A DNA stretch of 64,000 nucleotides from Verrucomicrobiota bacterium (GTDB lineage: Bacteria > Verrucomicrobiota > Verrucomicrobiia > Limisphaerales > Palsa-1400): NCBI GenBank assembly GCA_049510745.1, contig JBEKYR010000017.1, positions 1 to 64,000 on the forward strand, given 5' to 3'. The number at the start of each line of letters is the position of its first letter. The stretch's first letter is position 1. Positions 29,159-39,145 of the stretch are shown piece by piece. The notes below the pieces were generated by a model that saw nothing but the letters and a program-made list of their open reading frames with translations, ran no database searches and was not told the DNA's origin. The translations under genes were made by a program, and so were the position numbers.

Positions 29159-32100
29159 CTACGGAGCACCCGCAAGCGACACTCGGCGCAGGCACCCATT
29201 ATACTGCGCCCAGACGCAACCGCCCCCAATCTGAATCTGATCAACAACGTTAGCCGGGATGTAGGCGAATTTGCGAATCTGGTTTTGCTTTGCATCCACC
29301 AGAGCAATGTAACCGAGACCGCCCACCCACAGATCCTCGCCGTCCACGGCGATGGCACTGACCTGTTCGGCCGGAAGGCCCTCATCGCAATCCAGACTTG
29401 CCCATTGGCCCGTTTGAGAATCCAGAATCCGGACTCCAAGCGGGCCGGGGTCGGAATGGGGGTCTCGGGGCTCCCGCGAGGTTTGGCCGACAAACAGTTT
29501 CGCGCCGCGGATGACGAGACATCTGCCCACCATGGGAGTTGCCTCCCAGAGATTCTGCCGGCTTTGGAAACGACGCACCGCGGTTTGCTCGTCCAGAAAC
29601 CAGACCACCCCGCTGGCGCCTGCCGCAATCGCCCAGACCACACGACGCGTGGGATTTGCCGGCGATTCCTTCACCCTGTTGCCAGATAAAACTTCTTGAG
29701 CCTCGCCGCCCTCGGCCAAGGAAGGTTGGAAAGACATAAAATGATTTGAGACGAAATCCAAATAGCCAACGCCTCCGCCGGGAGCAATCCCCATCTGACC
29801 CGGACCAAGTTGACCCTTGTGACCGTATCCGATCCACAGTTGATTCTCAGCAAGGCTCAAACAGGAAATGGCATTCATCAACAGACCGTCCTCGACGGTA
29901 AAACGGCGGCAACGATGATTCTCTTTGTCAAATTCGATCAACCCGTCGCCGCCGGTTGCGATCCAGATGTTGGAGGAAGAGAGACAAAGTGCGTGGATGG
30001 GCGTGGAGGCGTCCTTGGGCAACGACACGGAGAAACTTGTTTTCAGATTCCAGTCCAGATGAAAAAGCCGCTGGCCCGACCCAAGCCACAATCCGTCAAC
30101 GTCCGCTGCAAAAGCTGAAGAAAGGCCCATTTTAACGGCACTCCCGCCGACTTCAAATTCCCTCGGATCATGGACAGCCGGCAGGCCAAGTTTCTCACGG
30201 CACTCGTTGGCTTCTTTGCCGGTTTGCACGGGTGGGCGCATCTTCAAGGGCTTGTTCGAGAAACTTTGAAAAATGGCCAGTGCGTCCTTCCACCGCTCTG
30301 CTCCTTTATAAGCAAACGCCAGCGTAGTCTCATCTTCGTAATTGAAAGAATTGAAAGGGTAGGTTTTGGCGTTTTTCTTGGCAATCCGGCATCCCTCCAT
30401 GAATTTTACCGCGTCGGAATACAGCTTGTGTTCGCAAAGCCAGTCAAAGGCTGAAGACCTGGCCACTTCCCAAAACTGATCGATCTGGGCGATTTCCGCA
30501 GGGTGTTCAATGCACCGATCCAAGACCTTTCGGAATTCCTCCAATACCGGGGTATTGGTGTCGGTCTGACGAGCCAACACGGCCGCGACGAGGTGGGGAC
30601 TCAAATTGGAAACCGCGCTCTCCATTTGTGGCAGCAGTGCCGCCAGACGTTGGGCGCCGGCGTTCGTCTTGGCGCCAAACGCTTCCATGAAATCATCCAG
30701 GCCGTTCCTCCACGTGCCATCCCAATATCCGTTCGGATCCCTCCGAAGGGCATCCATCAACCGTTTTTCCGCAAGTTCACCGACCTTTGTTCCTTCACCC
30801 TGAAGAATCGCGGCGTCCAACGCGGCCGGTTCAGCTTGCTGCCGGTAAAAAGCTCGCGCGGCGGGGTGGGTGGTCGCTTCCGCCGCCGAGGCAAACCACC
30901 GGGCTATTTCGTCCGGTCCGTGCCACCGAAAAGAAGCGACGAGCGCCCGTTGCGCAAGGCCGGTCCGCTCATCCTGTATCGGCGCTTCGATAATCTGCCG
31001 ATAAAAATCTCTTGCTTCGTCCACGCGCCCGATTTCTCGTTTGCGAAAACACGCCGCCAGATACAGCTTCGCCTCGCGATTCGTCGGATCGAGAAGCAGC
31101 ACGGTTTCAAAGGCGCGAATCGCCTGTTGTTCATTGTGACGGCGTCTGCCGATTTCCTGTTCGTCGAGGTTTTCATACGATTCCGGCACGGTCAAATTGG
31201 AATCCTCAGTGATATGCTGAACCAGATGGGCCAGTTGCCTGCCCATGCCCATTTGCGCCCGCACCTCGCTCAACCGGGTCGGCATCACCCAGGGTTTGGC
31301 TTCCTTCAAGCGGGCATCGATCGCGAGCTTAACCTGCTGAAAAAGCGCCTCGCCCGGTTCTCCCCGAAGAACGGGTTGCGACTGGGACCAAGGTCCGAGA
31401 ATCCCCGAGATGCCAAGCGCCAGTTCCACTTCAGGGGTGGAATTCCCCACCGACTGATAACTGCCCTCCACGAGCCAATAAGAAAACTGCACCGGCTGCG
31501 GCGCATTCGTGCCGCCCTCGTCTGGCAACCCGGCCAAATCGAGGCATACTTCCTGAAACAAGGTGTCCGCAGCCTCGCGTTCCAAAAGTGTCACGCCTGA
31601 TTTCTGGTAAGCCGCCGTCAAGTACGACCGCAACTGGTTTGGAAAACCTGCCTGCCGATTGTTGAGGCTCAAATCCTCAAACCCGCCAATGGCCAGAAAA
31701 TTCCTGAGCTTTGGATGCGCGGCATTCTGCCGGCTTTGTCCGACAAACGCCGCAATGGCCGCCGCCAGTTGCATGGTCGTCTCATTGGCGGGAACGACTT
31801 GCGCGTCCCTCAAAATGCCGGTGCGCGCATCCACCACCCTGACCAGGACCACGGCATTGGTGCCGTTGATCTTCGACTCCGTGCCGAGCAAAAACCAATC
31901 GGCTTTCAACAGCTTGCCGGCACGCACCGCGTCCTTTGCCCGCACCAGGCCAGACAGGCTTAAACTCAACTCCCGCAGCACGGCATCCAAAGACTGCCTT
32001 TCCACGAGGGTCAATCCCGGCGCGCCGGTCAAATCGGCCAGCACCAGATCGCCGAGCCTGCGATCCTGCTCCTCGTTGCTCATGCCAAGACTGCCAATGG

Positions 32101-32308
32101 CCAGGCGGACCGGGTGGCGCAAATCCATCACCATCGGAACCGCCGTGACCGATGCCGTGGGCGTCGCCCGCCCCAGTTTTATGGCGGCTGCGACAAGGTC
32201 CTCGTTCGTGACAGGACCGGGAAGCGAGCGGTCGCGGCCCAGCCATAAAGCGGCAAGCACTCCGGCAAGCAATACTCCAGCCATCCAGTAAATCAGGCGC
32301 TTATTCAT
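29159..32308 (-). CDS. Large exported protein: CsgG/HfaB-like domains, TPR and C-terminal beta-propeller
   Basis: N-terminal TM; LVERQSLDAVLREL...AGKLLKADW; TPR (AFETVLLLDPTNREAKLYLA); repeats such as IWIATGGDGL, LWIG, LWVGG. Confidence 0.75.
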   Translation of the reverse strand: MNKRLIYWMAGVLLAGVLAALWLGRDRSLPGPVTNEDLVAAAIKLGRATPTASVTAVPMVMDLRHPVRLAIGSLGMSNEEQDRRLGDLVLADLTGAPGLTLVERQSLDAVLRELSLSLSGLVRAKDAVRAGKLLKADWFLLGTESKINGTNAVVLVRVVDARTGILRDAQVVPANETTMQLAAAIAAFVGQSRQNAAHPKLRNFLAIGGFEDLSLNNRQAGFPNQLRSYLTAAYQKSGVTLLEREAADTLFQEVCLDLAGLPDEGGTNAPQPVQFSYWLVEGSYQSVGNSTPEVELALGISGILGPWSQSQPVLRGEPGEALFQQVKLAIDARLKEAKPWVMPTRLSEVRAQMGMGRQLAHLVQHITEDSNLTVPESYENLDEQEIGRRRHNEQQAIRAFETVLLLDPTNREAKLYLAACFRKREIGRVDEARDFYRQIIEAPIQDERTGLAQRALVASFRWHGPDEIARWFASAAEATTHPAARAFYRQQAEPAALDAAILQGEGTKVGELAEKRLMDALRRDPNGYWDGTWRNGLDDFMEAFGAKTNAGAQRLAALLPQMESAVSNLSPHLVAAVLARQTDTNTPVLEEFRKVLDRCIEHPAEIAQIDQFWEVARSSAFDWLCEHKLYSDAVKFMEGCRIAKKNAKTYPFNSFNYEDETTLAFAYKGAERWKDALAIFQSFSNKPLKMRPPVQTGKEANECREKLGLPAVHDPREFEVGGSAVKMGLSSAFAADVDGLWLGSGQRLFHLDWNLKTSFSVSLPKDASTPIHALCLSSSNIWIATGGDGLIEFDKENHRCRRFTVEDGLLMNAISCLSLAENQLWIGYGHKGQLGPGQMGIAPGGGVGYLDFVSNHFMSFQPSLAEGGEAQEVLSGNRVKESPANPTRRVVWAIAAGASGVVWFLDEQTAVRRFQSRQNLWEATPMVGRCLVIRGAKLFVGQTSREPRDPHSDPGPLGVRILDSQTGQWASLDCDEGLPAEQVSAIAVDGEDLWVGGLGYIALVDAKQNQIRKFAYIPANVVDQIQIGGGCVWAQYNGCLRRVSLAGAP

Positions 32309-32551
32309 GGTGAAATGCGGCCCGGGCCGTGAGGATGCATCATTCGGCGACCGCCTTCCCGGCTCTTCTGAATCCAGCCCTGTTCCTCATCCATTCCAGC
32401 CCCGCGGCATTTCTTTGACATGATAGGACAATCGCCGGCGACAAATCCTTTGAAGAAATTCGAGGCTTGAGCGCGACGCCTTGCGCGAGGGCGCCTGCCA
32501 GGCCCGCGCTTTTTGCCGTCCGAATGCGGAACTACGAACCTATCCGCAGGC

Positions 32552-32992
32552 TCATTTCTTTTTGGCGTCGTCGAGCTTGGCGATCATCGCCGACGGTCCC
32601 CCCTCCAGATAGCCCTCCTGCTGCCAGACCACCGTCCCGTCGGGTTTCATCACCACCAGCGTCGGGTAGCCGCCCACCTTGAACTTCTCCTGCAATGCTT
32701 TGTTGGCGGCCTTCAATGCGTCCGATTGGGCCTTCTTCGCCGGGAAATCCACCTCGACCAGGACCAGGTTCTTTTTGGCATAGGCCTCGAACTCCGGCTT
32801 GGAGAAAACCTCCGCGTCCAGCTTCTTGCACCAGCCGCACCAATCCGACCCGGTAAAGTCCAGCAGGACCAGTTTGCTCTCCTTTTGGGCCTGGGTTTTG
32901 GCGTCCGGCACGCTCGTCAGCCAGTTGCCCCCGGCCGCCGCCAGGTTCCCCGCCATCCAACAGGTCAAAAAACAAAATATAATTCTTCTCAT
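32552..32992 (-). CDS. Exported thioredoxin-family protein
   Basis: DFTGSDWCGWC, GYPT; signal peptide. Confidence 0.92.
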   Translation of the reverse strand: MRRIIFCFLTCWMAGNLAAAGGNWLTSVPDAKTQAQKESKLVLLDFTGSDWCGWCKKLDAEVFSKPEFEAYAKKNLVLVEVDFPAKKAQSDALKAANKALQEKFKVGGYPTLVVMKPDGTVVWQQEGYLEGGPSAMIAKLDDAKKK

Positions 32993-33005
32993 GCAATTTC
33001 TTTAT

Positions 33006-34427
33006 TCAGACACAACGTGCCCCAGCTTCCGGCAATGCGCAACCCGAATTTTCCCCGTCCGCCGAATCCTCCCACGCGATCTCCCCGCCCACGATGGTCG
33101 CCCTGGCCTTGCCCTTCAAGCGCCAGCCGTCAAACGGGCTGTTGCGCGACTTGCTGGCCGACTCCTTCACGTCGTAAGTCCACTCCCGCTCCGTGTCGAT
33201 GACCGTCACGTCGCCGTCCGCCCCGGCGCTCAAATGGCCCTTGTCGCGCAGGCGGAGCAAACGGGCCGGCGCGACCGTGAATTTGGCGATCACGTCCGAG
33301 AGCGGCATGAGCGTCGAATGATAAAGACGCATCAGCGAGAGGGGCAGTTCGGTCTCGAAACCGATGATGCCAAAGGGGGCGTAATCGAATTCGACTTCCT
33401 TTTCGTAATCGCAATGCGGGGCATGGTCGCTGCCGATGATTTCGATCGTTCCATCGGCCAGCCCCTCCAGCAGGGCTTCGCGGTCCTCCGCCGCGCGCAA
33501 GGGGGGGTTCATCTTGAAATTCGTGTCATAAGAAGGCCAGCGCGGCCGCTCCTCCGGCGCGCCCGGCAGCAGGTCCCGGCCGTCGCTTTCCCAGAATTTC
33601 TCGCTCCCGGCCAGCACCGTGTCCGTCAGCGTAAAATGGTGCGGACAGGCCTCGCCCGAAACGGGCACCCCGCGCTTTTTAGCCTCGCGCAGCAGGCGGA
33701 CGCTGCCGGCCGAACTCAAATGCTGGCAATGCACCCGCGCGCCCGTCAATTCGGCCAGGAGGATGTTGCGCGCCACGATCATCTCCTCGCCGGAAGCCGG
33801 CCATCCGCGCAAGCCCAGCACCGCGCTCCAATAGCCCTCATGCACCACGCCGTCGGTCACAATCGAATAATCCTGGCAATGATCCATCACCGGCAGGTCG
33901 AACATCCGGGCGTATTCCAGCGCCCGGCGCATCAGCTCGTTGTTCTGCACGCAATGGCCGTCGTCGGTGATGGCGATCACGCCGGCGGATTTGAGCGAGC
34001 CGATGGGGGCCAGTTCCTCGCCGGCGATATTGCGCGTGATGGCGCCCGCCACAAAAACATTGATCCGGCTCTCGCGCGCCGCCCGCTCGTGGATCAGGGC
34101 CACCGTCCCGGCGTTGTCGATGGGCGGGGAAGTGTTGGGCATGCAGACGACCGAGGCAAAACCGCCGCGCGCCGCCGCCGCCGTGCCGGTGGCGATGGTT
34201 TCCTTGGCCGACTGCCCCGGCTGGCGCAGATGGGCGTGCAAATCGATCAACCCGGCGCACACCACACAGCCGGCGGCATCCAGCCGGCGGACGCCGGCGG
34301 GCGCGCGGGTGGCGAGGCCGGGGCCGACCGCGCTGATTTTTCCGTCGAGAATGAGGACATCGGCCACGGCATCCAAGCGATTGGCAGGATCCAGCACGCG
34401 CCCCCCGGTGACGAGCAAGGAATTCAT
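33006..34427 (-). CDS. pyrC: Dihydroorotase
   Basis: DLHAHLR.PG, CMPNT.P, EACPHH, KMNPPLR, SDHAPH; start MNSLLV at 34427. Confidence 0.92.
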   Translation of the reverse strand: MNSLLVTGGRVLDPANRLDAVADVLILDGKISAVGPGLATRAPAGVRRLDAAGCVVCAGLIDLHAHLRQPGQSAKETIATGTAAAARGGFASVVCMPNTSPPIDNAGTVALIHERAARESRINVFVAGAITRNIAGEELAPIGSLKSAGVIAITDDGHCVQNNELMRRALEYARMFDLPVMDHCQDYSIVTDGVVHEGYWSAVLGLRGWPASGEEMIVARNILLAELTGARVHCQHLSSAGSVRLLREAKKRGVPVSGEACPHHFTLTDTVLAGSEKFWESDGRDLLPGAPEERPRWPSYDTNFKMNPPLRAAEDREALLEGLADGTIEIIGSDHAPHCDYEKEVEFDYAPFGIIGFETELPLSLMRLYHSTLMPLSDVIAKFTVAPARLLRLRDKGHLSAGADGDVTVIDTEREWTYDVKESASKSRNSPFDGWRLKGKARATIVGGEIAWEDSADGENSGCALPEAGARCV

Positions 34428-34452
34428 CGGGACAGGAGCATACACAGGCGGG

Positions 34453-34480
34453 TTGACAACGCAAGCGCGCGCGCTACGAT
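34453..34480 (+). promoter_or_regulatory. Sigma70 promoter of tRNA-Gly
   Basis: TTGACA-N16-TACGAT, 14 nt before the tRNA. Confidence 0.6.
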
Positions 34481-34494
34481 GTGGGGGCATGGTT

Positions 34495-34568
34495 GCGGGT
34501 GTAGTTCAATGGTAGAACGGGAGCCTTCCAAGCTCCACACGAGGGTTCGATTCCCTTCACCCGCTCCA
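34495..34568 (+). tRNA. tRNA-Gly(TCC)
   Basis: GCGGGTG TAGTTCAATGGTAGAAC ... anticodon loop CTTCCAA ... GGTTCGATTCC ... CACCCGC TCCA. Confidence 0.97.
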
Positions 34569-34892
34569 ACAGCCAAAAGCACTTACGCATATTTCATCGC
34601 TTTTGGTGTCAGTTTAATGCCAAACTTTCAATTATGGTGACGGACCAGTCCTAACACCGAAGTCAACGCCTAGCGCCTGCGCCTGAACAAAGAATTCGAT
34701 GAGGCATTCGCCTCAACTCGATTGCCCCAAGGTCCGGATTACGCCTGGGCCAGTGAGTTTTTGCTGAAGGGCGGGGAAGAAAATGATCGAAAACCTTCCG
34801 ACCGAGGAAAGACTTTTCTTTCCAAGCTCCAATTGTTCTGGTTAAATCGTGCCGGTACGATCAACGAACATTTTGCCTTTGTATTTTTCTGA

Positions 34893-37800
34893 ATGTCGCT
34901 GGAACTGATGCATGAAAAGCTGGGCTGGCCCTCGCCGAGCGAGGTTCGCAACCCGTCTGGCGAGGGCGCCCGCATCTTTGCGGAACTCGCTCATGCTAAA
35001 ATTGGGACCGCGCTAACGGCGCGGGCTGGTACTCCGCCGCTAAAGGTGGGTGTTTTGGTGCGGAACTCATGTTCGACGGAAACGGAATCGCCGCTCGCCG
35101 TTGTCGCGGAATTTCAGGGCCACGCAAATGATCAGACACTACGAGAGCTTCATAGATTGGCGTGGAATTTTTCACATGCCCCGACTGTCGTCACTATTGA
35201 GCCAGACCAGTTGCGCGTCTGGACGTGTTGCGAACCGCCGGAATCGGATCGTTTCCTGACCGACTATATCGTTCACGAGGTTTCCGTGTCTGACTTGGGA
35301 AAAGCTCGCCAGAGCGAGGAAACAAAGCGAGCCGCACAAGTGCTGCATTGGGCAAATTTGGTTTCGGGCCAGTTTTTTCGCGACCAACCGCTGCGCTTCT
35401 GCCGGGATAAGCGTGCTGACCAGATGCTTCTCGACAACTTACGGCATGTGCGAGACGTCCTGCAAAAAGCCGGTCTGACCAACGATGACATCTGTCATGA
35501 CCTCCTCGCGCGGGTCATTTTCGTGCAGTTTCTTTTCGACCGCAAAGACTCCTCTGGCAACTCCGCATTGAACGCGAACAAATTGGCCAGTCTCCGCGAA
35601 ACAAAGGTTCTTAAGGAACAGCATGAAGACTTTGCCAGCATTCTCGGCAACTACGATGATACCTATGAGTTGTTTGACTGGCTGAATGAACGATTCAACG
35701 GTGACTTGTTCCCCGGGAAAGGTGACACTAAACACGAACGCGAGCGCGCCTGGCTGGTGGAGAAAAACCACGTCAAACCGCGACATTTGGAAAAGCTTCG
35801 TGATTTTGTCAAAGGTGATTTGGACATGCCCAAGGATCAAGCGTGTCTATGGCCGATGTATTCGTTCGATACAATTCCGTTGGAATTCATCAGCAGCATC
35901 TATGAAGCGTTCGTGACAGAACGCGCTCGAAGCGAAGGCATCTATTATACCCCTCCCCATTTGGTTGATTTCATCCTCGACCGTGTGCTACCATGGGGTG
36001 GCGACCAGTGGGACTTGAAGGTCCTCGACCCAGCATGCGGCTCCGGGATTTTTTTGGTCAAAGCATTTCAACGATTAATTCATCGCTGGAAAAACTCACA
36101 CCCGAAAGAAAACATCCGTGCCGAAACGCTTCGCGGTCTTTTGGAAAAGAATCTATTCGGCGTTGATAAAGACCCGCATGCTGTTCGGGTCGCGTCGTTC
36201 AGTCTCTACCTAGCTATGTGCGACGAGATTGACCCGAAACACTATTGGACGCAGGTCCAATTCCCTGCCATGCGACAACGGCGGTTGATAAACGCCGACT
36301 TCTTTGAGGAAACACACCAAGGCTTTCGCACAAAGAATGACGCTGCCACGTATGATCTCGTCATTGGAAACGCACCGTGGGGCGAGGAGTTGTTGACTGA
36401 GGCAGCGAGAGAATGGGCGAACGAGGAAACGCGAAAATGGCCGGTCGCGAATAAGGGCATCGGCACCCTATTTTTGCCAAAAGCGGCAGCGCTGACGAAA
36501 CCTAGCGGATGTGTCTCAATGATTCAATCCGCGAGTTCACTCCTGTTCAATCGAAGCAGACCAGCTTGCGAGTTTCGGAAAAAGTTTTTCACGACGTTGC
36601 GGGTCGAAGAAGTCGTGAATTTGTCTGCCTTGCGATTCAAAGTGTTTAATCAGAAGACGCGCTCAACTCAGAAATCTGTCGCGCCTTCGTGTATCATCAC
36701 ATTTTCTCCGGAAGAAGCCTCCAAGGAGTGGAACGAATACTTTGCTTACATCAGCCCAAAGCTAGCCGAGGATTTTGCCGAGGAGTTCGATATTCTAATC
36801 GAACCGATCGACGTCAAGCGAATGCAAATTGGGGATGCGTCCACTGATCCCGATATTTGGAGTGCCTTAATGTGGGGACAACCGCGGGATTGGCGTGTTG
36901 TGCGACGGCTGCGATTAGAATCTAATCTGGCCAAGTTGGAGGAAGATAATTGCGTTGCCTCGAAAGAAGGAATTATTCGAGGCAAGAATCCAAAGCGACA
37001 GAAGGAATACACATGGTTGCTTCATCAACCGATAATCGAAACGGATACATTTCCTGGCGAATCGCTGGTATCAATCGAGGCAAAAGCCCTGCCCAAAAAT
37101 GACAATCCAATCGCCGAACGGCCTCGCAAACCTGAAACGTTCAAAACGCCGCAATTGTTGATCAAACAGGGCTGGTCGGTCGATTCACGGCGTTTTCAAG
37201 CGCGGTTGGTTATTCCTGATGGCCTTGGTCGAGGGGTGATTTGTTCTCAGAGTTATCTTTCCATCAGAAGCCTCACTGCTGCTGAGGATGTGCTGCATGC
37301 AGCGTGTCTGAGCTGCAACAGTATATTGGCTGTCTACTTCATGCTTTTGACCAGCGGGCGATTTGCATCTTATAGACCGGAAGCTCTTGCTGGCGAAATT
37401 CCGCGCATCCCCGTGCCGGCGCCTCAAAAGGGAATGCTCGATGGCATTCGAACTGTAGAGGAAATAGACAATAGGATCCGTGAAGCATTCAATCTCAAAG
37501 ATGCAGAATGGGTTCTCATCAAGGACCTGTTTGATGTTACGCTTGCAGATTTCAAAGGAGACGAGAATTCTCTCGGGCGTCGCCGTACACGACGCAGGGT
37601 GGGAGTGGGCGAAGAGCCTGATTTGCGTCGTTATTGCGAATACTTCATCCGTGTTCTGAAGGCTGGGTTCGGAGCAGATAAAGGAATCAGCGCAACGATT
37701 TTCCACGAAAACAGCAGATTGCCCTATCGCCTTGTCGCTTTTTATCTAAACAAAACGGCAAGCGAGCCGATTCGCATCAAGCTTCTTAATGCTCCAGAAC

Positions 37801-38048
37801 TTTTAAGGGAACTGGCGATCTTGAACGCGACTTGGCTTGCTCAAAAGAAAACCAGAAATGGAAGCATTTACAGCCAGCGTGTCGCTCGAATCTACGACGA
37901 GAGCAACGGAACTCCGACGATCTACATTGTGAAACCAGACGCCTATCGTTACTGGACGCGCAGTATGGGGTTGCATGATGCGGATGAAGTTGCAGCCGAG
38001 TTGGGTCACTGGCATACGGAAGGTCAACGAGCAACAGCGCAAAAATGA
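34893..38048 (+). CDS. Large N6-adenine DNA methyltransferase (Type IIG/Eco57I-like layout)
   Basis: FNGDLF, IPLEFISSIYE, YYTPPHLVD, motif I DPACGSGIF, motif IV GNAPW; long C-terminal region (putative target recognition). Confidence 0.9.
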   Translation: MSLELMHEKLGWPSPSEVRNPSGEGARIFAELAHAKIGTALTARAGTPPLKVGVLVRNSCSTETESPLAVVAEFQGHANDQTLRELHRLAWNFSHAPTVVTIEPDQLRVWTCCEPPESDRFLTDYIVHEVSVSDLGKARQSEETKRAAQVLHWANLVSGQFFRDQPLRFCRDKRADQMLLDNLRHVRDVLQKAGLTNDDICHDLLARVIFVQFLFDRKDSSGNSALNANKLASLRETKVLKEQHEDFASILGNYDDTYELFDWLNERFNGDLFPGKGDTKHERERAWLVEKNHVKPRHLEKLRDFVKGDLDMPKDQACLWPMYSFDTIPLEFISSIYEAFVTERARSEGIYYTPPHLVDFILDRVLPWGGDQWDLKVLDPACGSGIFLVKAFQRLIHRWKNSHPKENIRAETLRGLLEKNLFGVDKDPHAVRVASFSLYLAMCDEIDPKHYWTQVQFPAMRQRRLINADFFEETHQGFRTKNDAATYDLVIGNAPWGEELLTEAAREWANEETRKWPVANKGIGTLFLPKAAALTKPSGCVSMIQSASSLLFNRSRPACEFRKKFFTTLRVEEVVNLSALRFKVFNQKTRSTQKSVAPSCIITFSPEEASKEWNEYFAYISPKLAEDFAEEFDILIEPIDVKRMQIGDASTDPDIWSALMWGQPRDWRVVRRLRLESNLAKLEEDNCVASKEGIIRGKNPKRQKEYTWLLHQPIIETDTFPGESLVSIEAKALPKNDNPIAERPRKPETFKTPQLLIKQGWSVDSRRFQARLVIPDGLGRGVICSQSYLSIRSLTAAEDVLHAACLSCNSILAVYFMLLTSGRFASYRPEALAGEIPRIPVPAPQKGMLDGIRTVEEIDNRIREAFNLKDAEWVLIKDLFDVTLADFKGDENSLGRRRTRRRVGVGEEPDLRRYCEYFIRVLKAGFGADKGISATIFHENSRLPYRLVAFYLNKTASEPIRIKLLNAPELLRELAILNATWLAQKKTRNGSIYSQRVARIYDESNGTPTIYIVKPDAYRYWTRSMGLHDADEVAAELGHWHTEGQRATAQK

Positions 38049-38722
38049 GTGCGAATGAAAAAAGCCCGGAGGTTTCACATACCGACGTGATTCCAGCGAG
38101 TTTTGTGAGCTTGGCTGGTAGTTGGTGTCGCGATCAGTCCGCGATACTCCTTGGTTTCGTATGGGCTGCTTACGACCAACTGATACCGGACACATCCAGA
38201 ATTGACAGCCGTGATTTGGAGCGAAGCATCACGCAATTGTTGGAAGCCCGTATCCGCAGGGCCATGTCCGGTGACGAGCCTTTTTACATTCAGCACGGGC
38301 CGTATGAACGTGAGACGATGAAACCGCCGCCCGCCCAACCACCCCAATACGATTTGGCTTTCGTGCTAAACGCAAATGAACGTGTCATGTGGCCTCTTGA
38401 GGCAAAAGTTGTCGAAAAGCCCGCCGCTGTCGTTGAGTATGCCAACGAGATCCAACAACAGTTTCTCACCTGTCGGTATGCACCATTTTGTGGCGAAGGA
38501 GCCATGCTCGGATATTTGCTTTCCGGAACATCTGCGGATACATTCAACAACATCGCAGTAAAGATATCATGCAAACTTGAAAACCATCCCAGCTTTACCA
38601 CACGGTCACACAAAACCTCCCGCCATCGCCGCCAGGTTCCTGTTGGTAAGACGTATCCACCCGATTTTTTGTGCCACCATCTGATTCTTGAATTATTGGA
38701 GGTAAAAAGGCATCGAAATTGA
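38045..38722 (+). CDS. Hypothetical protein, putative PD-(D/E)xK nuclease
   Basis: ATGA-coupled to the MTase; E...PQYDLAF-x(n)-PLEAKVV pattern. Confidence 0.65.
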   Translation: MSANEKSPEVSHTDVIPASFVSLAGSWCRDQSAILLGFVWAAYDQLIPDTSRIDSRDLERSITQLLEARIRRAMSGDEPFYIQHGPYERETMKPPPAQPPQYDLAFVLNANERVMWPLEAKVVEKPAAVVEYANEIQQQFLTCRYAPFCGEGAMLGYLLSGTSADTFNNIAVKISCKLENHPSFTTRSHKTSRHRRQVPVGKTYPPDFLCHHLILELLEVKRHRN

Positions 38723-38730
38723 CTGAGATT

Positions 38731-38763
38731 CACGAGGGTTCGATTCCCTTCACCCGCTCCAAC
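38731..38763 (+). repeat. att direct repeat (copy of the tRNA-Gly 3' end)
   Basis: Identical to 34538-34570. Confidence 0.95.
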
Positions 38764-38833
38764 GCTGCGCCCGTATGCAACCTGAGACTTGGCCGGCGTC
38801 ATCGGGACAGGTCACCAACCCACAGGGACGAGT

Positions 38834-39058
38834 ATGTATGTCATGTTTGCGACGGTGGCATGGGCCGCCTTTTGGGGCGGCGCCATCTGGCTGTGGATGC
38901 TGGATGGGGCGAAGATTTCGCTGATTTTTATCGCGCTGTGGTTGTTGGGTTGGTTCGGCTTTCCGAGGCTGCATTGGTCCGGAGCCGCTTTCCTGGCCTT
39001 TGACTGCGTCCTGGCCGTCCTTCTTTTGCTCATCGGAAAATACAAGTCAATGGTCTGA
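38834..39058 (+). CDS. Small membrane protein
   Basis: 74 aa, almost entirely hydrophobic (about 3 TM segments). Confidence 0.6.
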   Translation: MYVMFATVAWAAFWGGAIWLWMLDGAKISLIFIALWLLGWFGFPRLHWSGAAFLAFDCVLAVLLLLIGKYKSMV

Positions 39059-39145
39059 AATGACGCCGCGACCCGATGGTGAACACGGCGTTGAAGTCAT
39101 CTGCGGCTGGATTTCAGGGCGGGGTTCCGCTAGGCTGGCCTGGCT

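Larger units (their letters stand above)
34538..38763. mobile_element. Genomic islet integrated at the tRNA-Gly 3' end, with no integrase
   Basis: Exact 33-bp direct repeat CACGAGGGTTCGATTCCCTTCACCCGCTCCAAC at 34538-34570 and 38731-38763; interior visibly lower GC. Confidence 0.9.

Noticed and set aside
34571..34892. Integrase for the tRNA-Gly islet
   Set aside because: Too short, and no tyrosine or serine recombinase motifs are visible.
38719..38802. Apparent second tRNA-Gly
   Set aside because: Only the 3' 33 nt are present, with no D or anticodon arm; it is the att repeat.
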